A stretch of 64,000 nucleotides of DNA from the NCBI GenBank assembly GCA_951406725.2, contig OX597816.1:26474001-26538000 (forward strand), given 5' to 3'. This document shows positions 42,244-55,949 of this stretch, piece after piece. The notes under the pieces were generated by a model that saw nothing but the letters and a program-made list of their open reading frames with translations, searched no databases and had not been told where the DNA came from. The stretch comes from Octopus vulgaris (taxonomy: Eukaryota). A program made the translations under genes and the position numbers. Position 1 is the stretch's first letter, and every line of letters starts with the position of its first letter.

Positions 42244-42772
42244 ATTTTCACCTCTTTTTGTGGTGTCTTAGATTTCATACTTAACTTGTTCAGACAGGTG
42301 TATAGAATTAGAGAATAATCTTGTACCCGCCCAGTCATATTCAATAACAGTGTCATAGCTATTGCACAACATTGAGTCTATACAAATGTTGAAATATAAT
42401 CACGTGATCTCGTGATCGACCAGACTATCGGATGTTGTTACACATTGCTGGTCACAACACTCTTTACATTGTTTTAGCTTTTGAATGATGTCACCCCACT
42501 GGTTAGGCGATCAGGTCAACATTCGCTCCTGATCGGAAGGCTGAGTGGACTGGAGTAACGTAAAATGAAGTGATTTGCTCAAGAACACAATGTGCCGCCC
42601 AAGTCCGGCAATCGAACCCACGATCTAGAGATTGTGATTGCAACACCCTAACCACTAGGCCACGCGCCTTCACCGAACTATAATACAGATTAAACTTGTG
42701 AACAGTCAGTGTGCCTTCCAGGCACTTTTACAATACATTTCAAATACCATTTTAGAATCCCCTTATCTTCTG

Positions 42773-43149
42773 CTAGCAGTATCGCCCGGTGTTGCTCGGG
42801 TCTGTTTCGACCCTTTAGAATTGGAATTTTTGAAAAGTAAAAATTTTGCAATATGTAGCTTGTTATTCTCTTTAAGTGAACATTTTTCTAGTTGAAATAC
42901 ACCGAAAAATGGCGACACAGCAGTCAAAATGTCGTAAAAAGTAGGGATTTTCATAGAAATTATGTAAATAATTTTTGGTGTTAACATGGCCCGATTTGAA
43001 TTTTATCTTCCACAGAAGGAAGAGCAAGCCTTCTTCTACCATACTCTCAATTTTGGTCAACTTGCGCCGCAGGGTCTCGGAGGAGATAGTGTTAGTTGAA
43101 GGCTACCAAACCTGCCACACACAGACAACTTCAGCTTTATATATATAGA
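42773..43149 (-). mobile_element. Non-autonomous Helitron
   Basis: Minus strand TCTATATATATAAAGCTGAAG ... CCCGAGCAACACCGGGCGATACTGCTAG. Confidence 0.88.
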
Positions 43150-43371
43150 TATATGATTTAGAGGAACCTGAGGGTACTTGATATTGCTTTAGACACAAGC
43201 TGTTAAAAGTAATATCTTTACTGGTCAGAAACTTGATTTATTTAAAGCCTGTCATATTGTCTTATGCGATACTACACACCACATGAATGAAGGTGTTTTA
43301 TGAGAGTATGTGTGTGAGAGTGTTTATGTATTCATATATATTTTCAAGAGTATGTAAATTTTGTGCGGAGA

Positions 43372-43425
<54 letters not shown>

Positions 43426-43501
43426 CATCATCATCATTCTTTAGCATTCCATAGTGGCATATGTATTATTGTATGTATCTACCAACTTATATATATGTAT
43501 G

Positions 43502-43616
<115 letters not shown>

Positions 43617-43854
43617 CATACATATATATACATATATATTATCTAATAGTTTGATTTGGTTATATGCAACCTAAACTTTCACTGGCTCATCACACAAACC
43701 TAAACTTGAAGAGCTAGGTTCGCGTAACGAGCCTACGAAACTTTAACTTGCATAGAACCGAATCAAAGTGTTATTAACTACCAATATATGTACTCCTACC
43801 AAATATGTAGAGTGGCTCCTTTTTCATCGTACATATCGTTTTTTTCTTTTACAG

Positions 43855-43897
43855 ATGCAGATTCTCCTGAAGATCAAGAACAGTTTGTCACGAACGG
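43855..43897 (+). CDS. Mkx: Mohawk short coding exon (43 nt, phase 1-2; DADSPEDQEQFVTNG)
   Basis: TTTTTTTCTTTTACAG acceptor and GG|GTATGT donor. Its phases exactly bridge the upstream phase-1 donor and the downstream phase-2 acceptor with no stop codon. Confidence 0.85.
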
Positions 43898-43923
43898 GTA
43901 TGTTCTTTTTTTATAGATATTAA

Positions 43924-44010
43924 CCCTTTGGCATTTAAACTGGCCATATCCGACCCAAATATTCTAACTGTTTTATGTTCAAATTGGCCAGATCTGGCTA
44001 CCCTACAATT
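43924..44010. mobile_element. piggyBac-like MITE terminus fragment
   Basis: TTAA|CCCTTT terminus with repeated TGGCCA(T/G)ATC. The other end was not found. Confidence 0.4.
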
Positions 44011-44015
44011 TCGTT

Positions 44016-44411
44016 TGGCTGTGTGGTAAGTAACTTGCTAAACAACCACATGGTTCAGGGTTCAGTCCCACTGCGTGGCATCTTGGGCAAGTGTCTTCTA
44101 CTATAGCCCCGGGCCGACCAATGCCTTGTGAGTGGATTTGGTAGACGGAAACTGAAAGAAGCCTGTCGTATATATGTGTATATATATGTATGTGTGTGTG
44201 TTTGTGTGTCTGTGTTTGTCCCCTTAGCATTGCTTGACAACCGATGCTGGTGTGTTTACGTCCCCGTCACTTAGCGGTTCGGTAAAAGAGACTGATAGAA
44301 TAAGTACTGGGCTTACAAAGAATAAGTCCCGGGGTCGATTTGCTCGACTAAAGGCGGTGCTCCAGCATGGCCGCAGTCAAATGACTGAAACAAGTAAAAG
44401 AGTAAAAGAGA
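44016..44411 (+). mobile_element. SINE family A
   Basis: Same structure as 7190-7596. Confidence 0.9.
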
Positions 44412-45066
44412 GTAACCATACCGTCAAAATCCCAAAACTATGAGATAATGATTAACTAATTCAAAACAATGTGAATACATATTCACTGCATTTGGCAGAG
44501 TAATCTGAACGCTGAAGCGTTTAAGATATAACTCCATTATGTAAATACTTGTACACACATACATACTCACACACACACACACAGATATATGTAATATATG
44601 TATGTATATCACCTGCATATGTGTGTATAACTCTGTGTTTATGTATGTATATATGTACAATGAGCATACTTAATGGTGAGGAGAATTTCAAAAATAAAGA
44701 AAGAACGAAAAAGAAATTAACTATTAAACTTGTTAGCGAGTCTTGTAGTATATTTACTAGATTACTGCACACGAACTCCAAATCAACTTTATCCTCTATT
44801 GTTTCGGAATTGTTAAATAGAATATTTGTATAGTAATACTTGTATACTACAAGACTCTCTAAAATTACCACCACTCAGCTGGTAAAGCGAGTAATGCTGT
44901 GATGGACTAGCGTCCCATTCAGGGTGGAATATATACACAAGGGAAACCAGGAGACCGGCCCTATGCTCATTACGGAATAATATGGACTAACCAACCATAA
45001 CCATAGTTATTGAAGTCAATTCATTTCCATCATTTTCCTGTGCCTCTCTCTCTCTCTCTCTATCTA

Positions 45067-45113
<47 letters not shown>

Positions 45114-46841
45114 TTCGCTCTACATTGTACCTGCAATTCAAAGATCATGCCTTATCACATTGTTTCACATCAATTTCCCCTAAGGATTGCCTTAAGGGTA
45201 CACATGTCTCTAAAATATCTGAATCACTTACACGTTAATTTTGCTATTCAATTGGCCAAAGAACTCAATAATCATCGTCGAGACTGTTGAAGGACCCAAA
45301 CGATGTCATCACATTAAACTATTTTAAAAGAGATTTCTATAGTTGGCCAATTCATCTAAACCAGTTTTTATTTATTTATTGCCAGCAAATAATTAGTAAC
45401 GATATCTAAAGCTGCTAATTTTATTAATCTAATATGGCCGGTTGGTTTCCTATTATGAGAAATGTCACACATTTGCCGCGAATATCTAACAAAAACAATA
45501 AATAAAAACACAGGACTTATTTTAATTTATTTTCTAGTGACAAAGAAGATGAATGAATTGTATGCTACAGACCACAAAATGCTTTCAATTTAGTAACATA
45601 GCGTTTAAAATGTCGAAGGTCGGTTTACACAACGAAGCCATTGTTAAATGACGGCCGTGGCATTTCTTGCAGTTAGAAATTTAGACTGTAATTTACAGGA
45701 ACCAAAACAGAGAGAAATACATATGAAAGTAAAGGCTTTAATATAATTTTCTGGAGTTTTTCTGGGGTTTTTTTTATTAGGGAACTGTGTATTTTGACAA
45801 AGATGTTTTATGTATGCGCATGCGTCAGTTGAATGCAAGTTAACCAGTTTAATTTTCTGTATGTAGGGGACAAACAACTAAGCCTGAGTTCCCTATTAAT
45901 TCAAAACCTTGTGCAAAACATGGAAATCGGTTAAGAATGTGCGCATGCGTGTATACGCCAACGTTTGCAGGCGTATGCTTATGTGCGCATGTGCACACAT
46001 ACATTTATATATATTCATATACATACATAAAAACATACAACCATACATGAATACATACACACATGTGTTTGTGTGTCTGTGTATGTGTGTGTATACGTGT
46101 ACGTGTGTGTGTGTGTGTGTGCTATGCAATTATATATATATGTGTGTATTATTGAAAAACATTATCCACCATATGCAATTTCCTTTATAGTTCATTAGTT
46201 AATTTCTTTTTCCTTCTTTTTTTTTGAGGGGGGGGATGTTTTTTTATATTTTAGATAAATGTAAATAGAATTTCCTATTTCGATCAAAGTTTCGGGAAAT
46301 TCCTGGACACTTTATTTTTAAAGTGCTGGAAAACGGAGCTTGACGTTTCAAAATTATTTCCAAGCTTTAAAAATCGTGTTTCCATGTGCGAGAGTGTCTG
46401 TGAGTGTGATAGACTTATCACCTCCCCAAAAAATGCTGGCCTTGTGCCAAAATTTGAAACCAATATATGTGTGTGTATGTGTGCATGTGTACACGCACAC
46501 ACACATATATACATATATATGTGTGTGTGTGAGTGTATTTTATAATATATCCTATACACACACAAACGTGTACACATGTATGTAGAAACAAATATATATA
46601 TATATATCCTTGTATATGAAAACACACACGTACATATGTGTGTGTGCGTATGTGTGTATGCGTGTATGCGAGTGTGTGTATGCGTGCAGATGGATTGTGC
46701 GGGTTTGGATGCGTGTGCATGGGTTTGGATGTGTTGCGAGTGTGTGTATGTGCGTTTTCATCGATTTCTATGCTTGCGTGTATATGTGTGTGTGCGTGTG
46801 TCTGTGTAGATAGGTAGATAGATAGATAGATATATAGATAA

Positions 46842-46907
<66 letters not shown>

Positions 46908-47098
46908 TGATTGATTGATTGATTGATAGAGAAACTACTTAATAGATATATAGATTGATAGATTTATTGATTGATTGATTGATAGACATACAGACAGACA
47001 GACAAGTGGACAGACAGAAGGAATACAATTCTATGTAATAGTAGTAGGAGGAGTAATAGTGGTGGTGTTGGAGATGGAGGCGGCGGCGGCAGCAGCAA

Positions 47099-47180
<82 letters not shown>

Positions 47181-47243
47181 GGTGGTGGTGGTGGTGGCGG
47201 CGGTGGTGGTGGTGTGATGGTTGTAGTAGTACTAGTAGCAGCA

Positions 47244-47289
<46 letters not shown>

Positions 47290-48910
47290 TAGTAGTAGCA
47301 GTAACAGCAGCAGCAGCAATGCCTGTGAGTTGGCTGGCTTGCTTGCTGGCAATTAACAATGATCCGCGTACGTGTAACATGGCGCTACAACAAAAAACCA
47401 GGACCCAATTTTCAAACGCCTCCACAAGTCACGTTAGCTAAATAAGTATGTAAAGGCTGGTATATTGGGTAAATACAAGCTGAGTTTTATTTGCAAATTA
47501 GAAAACGTGATCAATTTGAATGCACAACTTCCTAGGCATAGGAATATTACAAAATGCTATCACAACGTCGAATTGTATACTTAAGATATATAGATCAAAA
47601 TACGTATGTACGTATGTATGTATGTATGTATGTATCCATGTATGTATGTATATATGCATGTATGTATGCATGTATGTATGTATCTATGTATGTACCTATG
47701 TATGTATCTATGTATATATGTATGTATGTTTGTATGTATGTATGTATGCTTGTATGTATGTATGCATTTATGTATGTATGTATGTATGCATGTATGTATG
47801 TATGTATGCATGTATGCATGCATGTATGTATGTATGTATGTATGTATGCATGCATGCATGTATGTATGGATGTATGGATGGATGGATGTATGGATGGATG
47901 GATGGATGGATGGATGGATATGTGTATGTATGTATGTATGTATGTATGTATGTATGTATGTATGCATGTATGTATGTATGTATGTATGTATGTATGTATG
48001 TATTTATGTATGTATTTATCTATGTAGGTATGTATTTTGTATGTATGTATGTTTGTATGTATGTTTGTATATATGTATGTTTGTATGCATGTATGTATGT
48101 TTGTATGTATGTTTGTTTGTATGTATGTATGTATGTTTGTATGCATGTATGCATGTATGTATGCATGTATGTATATATCTATGTATGTATATATGGATAA
48201 GTGTAAGTATGTGTCCATATTTTGTATGTGTGTGTATGCAAGCTTTTTTGTATGTGTGCATGTATGGATGAATGGCGAGAAAGACGAACGGACAGAAGGA
48301 TGGATGAAATGGTGGACGGGTGAATGAAATGGTGGACAGATGCAAGGATGCATGGACCGATGGGCGGATGGGTGGATAGATGGATGGATGAATGGATGGA
48401 TGAATAGTAAGATGAGTGGGCGGACGAATGGATAGATAGATGGGTGGAGGGATGGACGGACCGACGGAGGGAAATTATTGATCGATGGATGGATAAAAAG
48501 AGCATTGGACTGAGCTAAAATATATTTTATCTCTGGTATTATTGGGAATATATAAAAAGGTGAGTGAGAAGAGAGGGTCAATATATGCGTGTACGCGCTC
48601 GCGCGTGTGTGTCAGTGTATTGATAAATGGAGAGGTATACATATATATTTACATGTATACATACATTTGTGAATATATGTATATATACAAATACATGTAT
48701 GTATACATATATATACACATATATATGTGCGTATTTATATATATATGTACATATATATGTACATATATATGTATATATATGTGTGTGTGCGTGTGTGTGT
48801 GTGTAGACATATACATAGTTGAAATGTATAGAAAAACAAAAGACGAAGACAAAGACAGGTGTATAAGCAACAAGTAAGTGTATTAGATTGACACTCGAGA
48901 AAATGAAAGT

Positions 48911-48946
48911 CTTTTACGTTTCGAGCCTACGCTCTTGAACAGAAAG
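48911..48946 (-). ncRNA. Family A hammerhead-like motif, damaged (core CUGUUCA), in a solo repeat (about 48830-48975)
   Basis: Minus strand CTTT-CTGTTCA-A-GAGC-GTAG-GCTC-GAAAC-GTA-AAAG. G8 is lost. Confidence 0.6.
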
Positions 48947-48976
48947 GTATAAGAGAAAATAAACAGAGATAATGAA

Positions 48977-49039
<63 letters not shown>

Positions 49040-49246
49040 TGGGAGTTATTGGTATCCAGAAGATCCGAGGTTGCAGGGAAAGCTATGTAAGTGTAATGGA
49101 AGGACCGTTGTTAAACTTTTGGTTCGATAATAATATGAGAGAGAAGTCTAATGCGGGTCTTCTATGAGCATGTATATGTTAAATAAAATGAGACAACAAA
49201 GCCAAGGCTGTGTGGAATTTTCAGGACATTTATAAAGAGAAAGTTA

Positions 49247-49294
49247 GTCTTACAGCTGTTTCTGGGATATTAGGGATATCCCTTCATCAGAGAC
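49247..49294 (-). ncRNA. Minimal type-I hammerhead motif, family B (best-preserved copy)
   Basis: Minus strand GTCT-CTGATGA-A-GGGATAT-CCCTA-ATATCCC-A-GAAAC-AGCT-GTA-AGAC. Perfect 4-bp stem I, 7-bp stem II and palindromic stem III. Confidence 0.85.
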
Positions 49295-50154
49295 GATGTG
49301 AGATGGTTAAATAGAGGGAAATATTAGAGTTGAATATGAGGAGTTACTTTGGAAAAGGATGGAAATAGGAAGTATAAAGGAAAATAAGAGAATAGAAGTA
49401 AAAATAGAAACATATGTAGGATGTTAGTGTTGCAGTTCCATTATTCAAGGAAAGTGGTATGAAGAAATGGTTTGAAATCCTCCTTGTCCATGGTATGTAA
49501 ATTCTGATGAGTTCATATTTTGTCATTACGAATGGAAAGTATGGAGACGTAGATTCCATGCGCTGTTCATTCGAAGGGGTCTTGTGGTGTGGAGGAAATT
49601 TTGAGAATGTAGTGGTATTGTTAAGTAGATAGAGGAGAGAAAAGATGTGTTTGTAGAATTGTGTAATGTATTGAGGACGGTGCATTTATAAATTACGTTA
49701 GACCTTCTGCAACGGGTTTGTTGAGGGTAGATGGTCCCAGGGCGGTAATTACATGGTAGTGGATTGTGGGGATTATTCTCAGGAATGGAGGAGGTAATAC
49801 TGTCTAAGGAGAGGTTAGAGATGGGATTAGATTGGTCTATGTCATTAGCATTATTATTACTACTATAATTACTCTTTCTATCGTTATTGTTATTTATCCT
49901 ATCTGTTATAGTGTTGGAAGCTGGGGCAGTAGTATTCTGGTTAGTATAAGTGGGATTGGTAAGGTTTTCGTTGTGATCTAAAGTAAGCGGTTCGATATCA
50001 GAGTTATGTATATGTTGGGCGCTCGTGTATTCAGAATTGTTACAGTCTACGTTTTGATAACAGAGAGAAATTTTTCATCTATTAGAGGCTGTTATGATAG
50101 ACTCGAAGTTGGGCGAGGAGGAGCAGGATTGCTTTAGATATATTAAAGATGGAG

Positions 50155-50378
50155 GCGAGCTGGCAGAAACGTTAGCACTCCGGGCGAAATGCGTGGCCGT
50201 ATTTCGTCTGCCGTTACGTTCTGAGTTCAAATTCCGCCGAGGTCGACTTTGCCTTTCATCCTTTCGGGGTCGATAAATTAAGTACCAGTTGCGCACTGGA
50301 GTAGATATAATCGACTTAATCCCTTTGTCTGTCCTTGTTTGTCCTCTCTGTGTTTAGCCCCTTGTATAGTAAAGAAAT
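50155..50378 (+). mobile_element. Full-length family B SINE inserted in the PLE
   Basis: 17-bp TSD ATATATTAAAGATGGAG at 50138-50154 and 50379-50395. Removing it rejoins the PLE linker sequence. Confidence 0.92.
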
Positions 50379-50690
50379 ATATATTAAAGATGGAGTAATA
50401 TATATGTTGACGAGGGAAGTTGGAGTCCAGTATATTAACAGAGGATTTAGCTAAGTTCTTAACGTTTAGTGAGAAGCGGGGTGTATACCATAGAATAGAG
50501 CGTATACCATTTCTACCATTTCTGCGCACCAATGTCTTTGAGTAATGGAACTGCAACTATAACATCCTACATATGTTTCTATTTTTACTTTATTCTCATA
50601 TTTCCCTTTATATTTCTTACTTCCCTCGTTTTCCAAAATAACTCCTTATACTGAACCCTACTACTTCCTTCTATTTAACGATCTCCCATC

Positions 50691-50771
50691 GTCTCTGATG
50701 AAGGGATATCCCTAATATCTCAGAAACAGCTGTAATAGACGAAAACTAAGTGTAATTTCTAACTCTAAGAC
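50691..50771 (+). ncRNA. Family B hammerhead motif disrupted by a 33-nt insertion at the cleavage site
   Basis: GTCT-CTGATGA...GAAAC-AGCT-GTA|[50735-50767]|AGAC. Confidence 0.75.
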
Positions 50772-50886
50772 TAACTTTCTCTGTATAAATGTCATGAAAA
50801 TTTCACACACCCTTGGCTTTGTTGTCTCGTATTATTTAAAACAAACCACACACATACATACATACATACATACATACATACATACA

Positions 50887-50981
<95 letters not shown>

Positions 50982-51436
50982 TAATTTCGAAGTCCACCGT
51001 CCACCTCTTTCTTGTAATAACTAAAAAATATGTGCTCTATATATTTATTATTTATATATAGGTATAGGTGTATATACGTGAAATATATGTATATATGTAT
51101 ATATATGTATATATATACTAGCTTTTTGATGTATATATATACTAGCTTTTTGATATATAAATGCATACATATATACACTCACATATATACATACATACAT
51201 ACATGCATGCATACATACATACATACATACATACATACATACATACATACATACATACATACATACATACATACATACATACATACATACGTAAATACAT
51301 ACATACGTACATACATAATACTTACATGTATTTGGGGGCTTTATTTAATGTATTGAATGTTCGCGTTTGTGAATACAATAAAACTTTGTTATTTTTTATT
51401 ATTTGTTTATTTCTCTTTTCCTGTTCTTATCTACAG

Positions 51437-51515
51437 TGACTTGGACATAGTGGATAAAGAAGTCAATGCTATTATTACCCTGACGACAATGGCCCAGTCA
51501 AGACGGAGATTTTAG
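51437..51515 (+). CDS. Mkx: Mohawk terminal coding exon with MRD3 (DLDIVDKEVNAIITLTTMAQSRRRF*)
   Basis: TTCTCTTTTCCTGTTCTTATCTACAG acceptor, in frame with the previous exon. KEVNAIITLTTMAQ resembles vertebrate MKX KEINAAMALTNLAQ. TAG stop at 51513-51515. Confidence 0.88.
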
Positions 51516-51882
51516 AGAAGAAAAAAAAATATCAAGGACAAAACTCGAGAAGACACCAGGATTGCGTTGTGAAAATTTCATTTCGTTTTTTCACGAACAA
51601 ATGATAACGAAATATGAAGAAACAATTGTAAACAACCAATAATTAATTATAGTTACAAACGAAATTATAATTATTATAATCGTTAAATAATAATAATGAT
51701 AATGGTGATTTTATGAGATTTCAGAGGATGATGGCCAAAACATAAACTTTAAAAAAAAAAAATGTTAAAAAAAAGCTCGGAAATGAATCAAATATATCAA
51801 CCATCTCAAAAATTTATTGGACATATATTTCAACAGGGATTTTGTTACTGGCAGACAATTCTGACTTTTTGCTTCAATACAT

Positions 51883-51915
51883 AATAAATTTTGACTTAAA
51901 GAGATCTCTAATAAA
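51883..51915 (+). promoter_or_regulatory. Candidate polyadenylation signals of the Mkx 3'UTR
   Basis: AATAAA at 51883 and 51910, about 370-400 nt after the stop and just before a long (TA)n tract. AATAAA is common by chance in AT-rich DNA. Confidence 0.35.
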
Positions 51916-51922
51916 GCAAAGA

Positions 51923-52067
<145 letters not shown>

Positions 52068-52339
52068 TATATATATATATATACATATATATATATGTGT
52101 GTGTGTAAGTATAATAGCACATGATATAAATATATATATATATTTATATACATAAATTATACATGTGTGTGTAGGTATATATATATATATAGAAAGAGAC
52201 ATGTATGACAATTCCAACAGATTTTGTCATGTGAAATAAGTATGGACAATTTCGTCACACGAAATACGTGAAGACAATAAAACGAGACACACTCTCACAC
52301 TGACAAATTTTACACACACACTTTTGATATATGTATATA

Positions 52340-52424
<85 letters not shown>

Positions 52425-52512
52425 AATGTATACATGCATAAATATATATATATATATTTTAAATATCTGAATTCGTGCAAATATATAGAGGTAGAAACAT
52501 ATATATACAGAC

Positions 52513-52567
<55 letters not shown>

Positions 52568-52602
52568 AATATATATATGTGTGTGTATATATATACATAT
52601 GT

Positions 52603-52660
<58 letters not shown>

Positions 52661-52825
52661 ACCGAGCAGCGCATTCAGTTTCATTCACTCCCTCGCTACT
52701 CAATGTATGTCGCGCGATTCGTTCCCTTGGGAAACAAAATGTCCGCATCGCATCGAGCGACCAACTGCCTGTAGCGAGAGGACGATTTGTCAGCTTCGTA
52801 CAAATATATATGCATATATGTATAA

Positions 52826-52904
<79 letters not shown>

Positions 52905-53122
52905 CACACACATCCATACATGTGTATAGAAATATTCTAATGTCTATGTATGTATTTATGTATCTATTTAAAAGTATATGTGCATGTATGCCTATATATG
53001 CATATATACAATTACACATTTTTGTATGCACATATTTAAACACATATATACAGACATATACATACATATGCATACATATATATATGTATGCACACACGAA
53101 TAAATATACATGCACGTATTTT

Positions 53123-53165
<43 letters not shown>

Positions 53166-53321
53166 GTATGTATGCATGTGTATATATTTGCAGAATTATA
53201 TATATGCATGTTCGCATATCTATATGTTTGTTTTATGTTTTTAAATATTCGTATATATATACTTATGTTTATATAAGTATATATATATATATACATATAT
53301 ATACATACATTTATATATAAG

Positions 53322-53399
<78 letters not shown>

Positions 53400-53455
53400 C
53401 ATATATATGTATGTATGGTCATATATATTAGTTTGTGCGTGTACGCATGTATGTG

Positions 53456-53505
<50 letters not shown>

Positions 53506-54091
53506 CATATACATATATGCATACATACATATATATACACAGTGACTTTTTTGTGTTTTTATGGTTTTATTTTAATTCTTTCTCTATACATATAACGTGA
53601 TTAATTTTTACTTATTTTTCGTTGTAATTAATTTTCCTTAATTATACATTTTAAAATATTCTGTTTTGTTGTTGTTGTTGTTTTCGTTTCTCTTAATTTC
53701 TAAACCTTCATTTTATTTTTATTTATTTATTTATTTGCTCGCAAACGTCATCGTTTTTATCATTATCGTCATCATCTTCATCATTATCATCATCATCATC
53801 ATCATCAACGTTATTGACACCGTCATTATCATCACCATCATCATTTTTATCGTGATTGTCGTCCTAGTTTCCATCTTCACCACCATTACCTTCATCATCA
53901 TTATCATCATCATCATTATCATCATCATCATCATCGTCATCGTCGTCATCTTCATCATCAGCTTCATCTTCATTATCATCCTGTCGGTGGCATGATCTCC
54001 ACCATCACTACCATTGTCACCATTATAATTATCATCATCACCAGCATCATCACTACCACCATCAATCGTCATCGTCCCCGTCATTGTTACT

Positions 54092-54126
<35 letters not shown>

Positions 54127-54386
54127 TGTCATCATCATATTCATCACTAACTTCATTATCATCATCATCATCAATATCACCACCACATTCATCATCATCA
54201 TCGCCACCTTTATCGTCTTCATCTCATCACAGTTGTGGTCATGTATATTATTATCATTATTATTATTATTATTATTAATTCCTCTACGGTCAATTTTGCC
54301 TTTCATCACTTCAGGGTCGATAAAATAGATACCAGTTGGACACTGGGGTCAAAATTTTGCAACCTTTATTATTATTATTATTATTA

Positions 54387-54448
<62 letters not shown>

Positions 54449-54651
54449 ATATAAAGCATTGAGGTAACTCCTCCTGATGATATACAGTCAAAATTAAAAG
54501 AAGAATGCCATTGTTATCTAGTGAACGATATTTCGACATCTTGTGTGTCTTCAACTGGTTCAAAAAATTAATTTGTCAATCTACTTCATTTTGGTTAATA
54601 TATAAAGGATTGAGGTAACTCCTCCTGAAGATATCATTATTATTATTATTA

Positions 54652-54688
<37 letters not shown>

Positions 54689-54744
54689 CATCATCATTAT
54701 TATTTTTATCATCATTATTATTATCATCATCATCATCGTCATCA

Positions 54745-55060
54745 TCATACAGTAGTTTTTACCTTTTAATGCATGATTTCTCTGCTGCACAAAATGAGTG
54801 CAACTTTATGTGCCTTGGCTATTCCTAGTGGTTTGTTTCTTGGTCCCATATATTTCTGCCGCTTTGAAAATAATCTATATAATATATATATGCAGTGCTT
54901 AGCAGTGCTATTTTCTGTACGTATATTTGTATATACTTTACAAGTCATGCTGTTTTGGTTATGTATTTGTCTGCAGCATTTTGTTACCATTTCGAAAGGA
55001 ACTTAATATTATAAAGATTGTTTCTGTTTTTCAGATACCAATAATCTTGTTGTCTCTATA
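54745..55060 (-). mobile_element. Decayed R4/Dong-clade fragment next to a (TTA)n tract
   Basis: Minus strand VQKIALLSTAYI resembles the R4/Dong C-terminal QKxALLGTAxI motif. Confidence 0.55.
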
Positions 55061-55074
55061 TCCAGATATGCTTT

Positions 55075-55497
55075 AATTTGAATACAATGTCTTGTATATT
55101 TATTATTATTTCGTTTCTGCAGATTCGAACGTGAGTATGCTAATCCCTATCCTTTTCTTCATAGGATTGCAAAGTCTCCTTTACGACGATAAGGTATTAT
55201 TAACATACTAGACGCATTGGTGCAAGGTATTCTGGGACACTGGTTATTCTGGGACACAGGTTATTATTTCATGTTATTTCAAAGGTCCGATATTGCTTCT
55301 CGCTGACGAAACAAATGTTAAATACCGCTGTCTCATAATCCCTTGCACCAATAAGTTGAGTGTACTGTAAACACGTTGTCGTCGTAAAGGAGACAGTGTT
55401 TTCTTGTGACGAACACAACAGCAATTATCATATAACATGTTCGTATCTGCCGGAAGGAATTAAAAATAAATATCAAAGTCATAGTTTTGAATCACAC
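55075..55497. mobile_element. Foldback/MITE-like element with long imperfect TIRs
   Basis: GTCTCCTTTACGACGA / TCGTCGTAAAGGAGAC, ATTGGTGCAAGG / CCTTGCACCAAT and GCAGATTCGAAC / GTTCGTATCTGC pair symmetrically. Confidence 0.8.
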
Positions 55498-55838
55498 AAT
55501 TCACCAAATATATGTCGATTTATTTATTTTTGAATAATTTCTCCAATTGTCTGTATGATATATTTAGGCTGATAATTCGATCGGGAGGTATTTATTTCCT
55601 TTCTCGATGGTCCTTGACAACAATATCCCCACGATTAATTTTAATGTCCCTGTCTTGTAGATTGGCATATCCTAGAGAATGGTTTTCTTTCTTCCTTTCG
55701 GAATTATTAAAAGAAAATATCAGTCAAGTACTGGGGTGGATATCACTAAAAAATCACTGATATTGTACCTAAATCAAAAACTGCTATTATTATCATTATT
55801 ATTATTGTTATTATTATTATTATTATTATTATTTATCA

Positions 55839-55914
<76 letters not shown>

Positions 55915-55949
55915 TGTTGTTGTTGTTGCTGTTATTACCAGACAAACTG

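Larger units (their letters stand above)
49178..50839 (-). mobile_element. 5'-truncated Penelope-like element (CxC-linker type) with an inverted 3'-end copy
   Basis: Minus strand RSILWYTPRFSLNVKNLAK...ILDSNFPRQHIYYSIFN / SCSSSPNFESIITASN (RT-EN linker) and CNYRPGTIYPQQTRCRRSNVIYKCTV (start of GIY-YIG). Inverted repeats at about 49178-49472 and 50515-50839, each with a hammerhead motif. Confidence 0.88.

Noticed and set aside
49344-49685. 113-aa minus-strand ORF as a host gene
   Set aside because: It lies inside the decayed PLE and overlaps its endonuclease remnant and terminal repeat.
55302-55320. CTGACGAAACAAATGTTA as a hammerhead
   Set aside because: The two core halves overlap, leaving no stem II, and stem I is absent.
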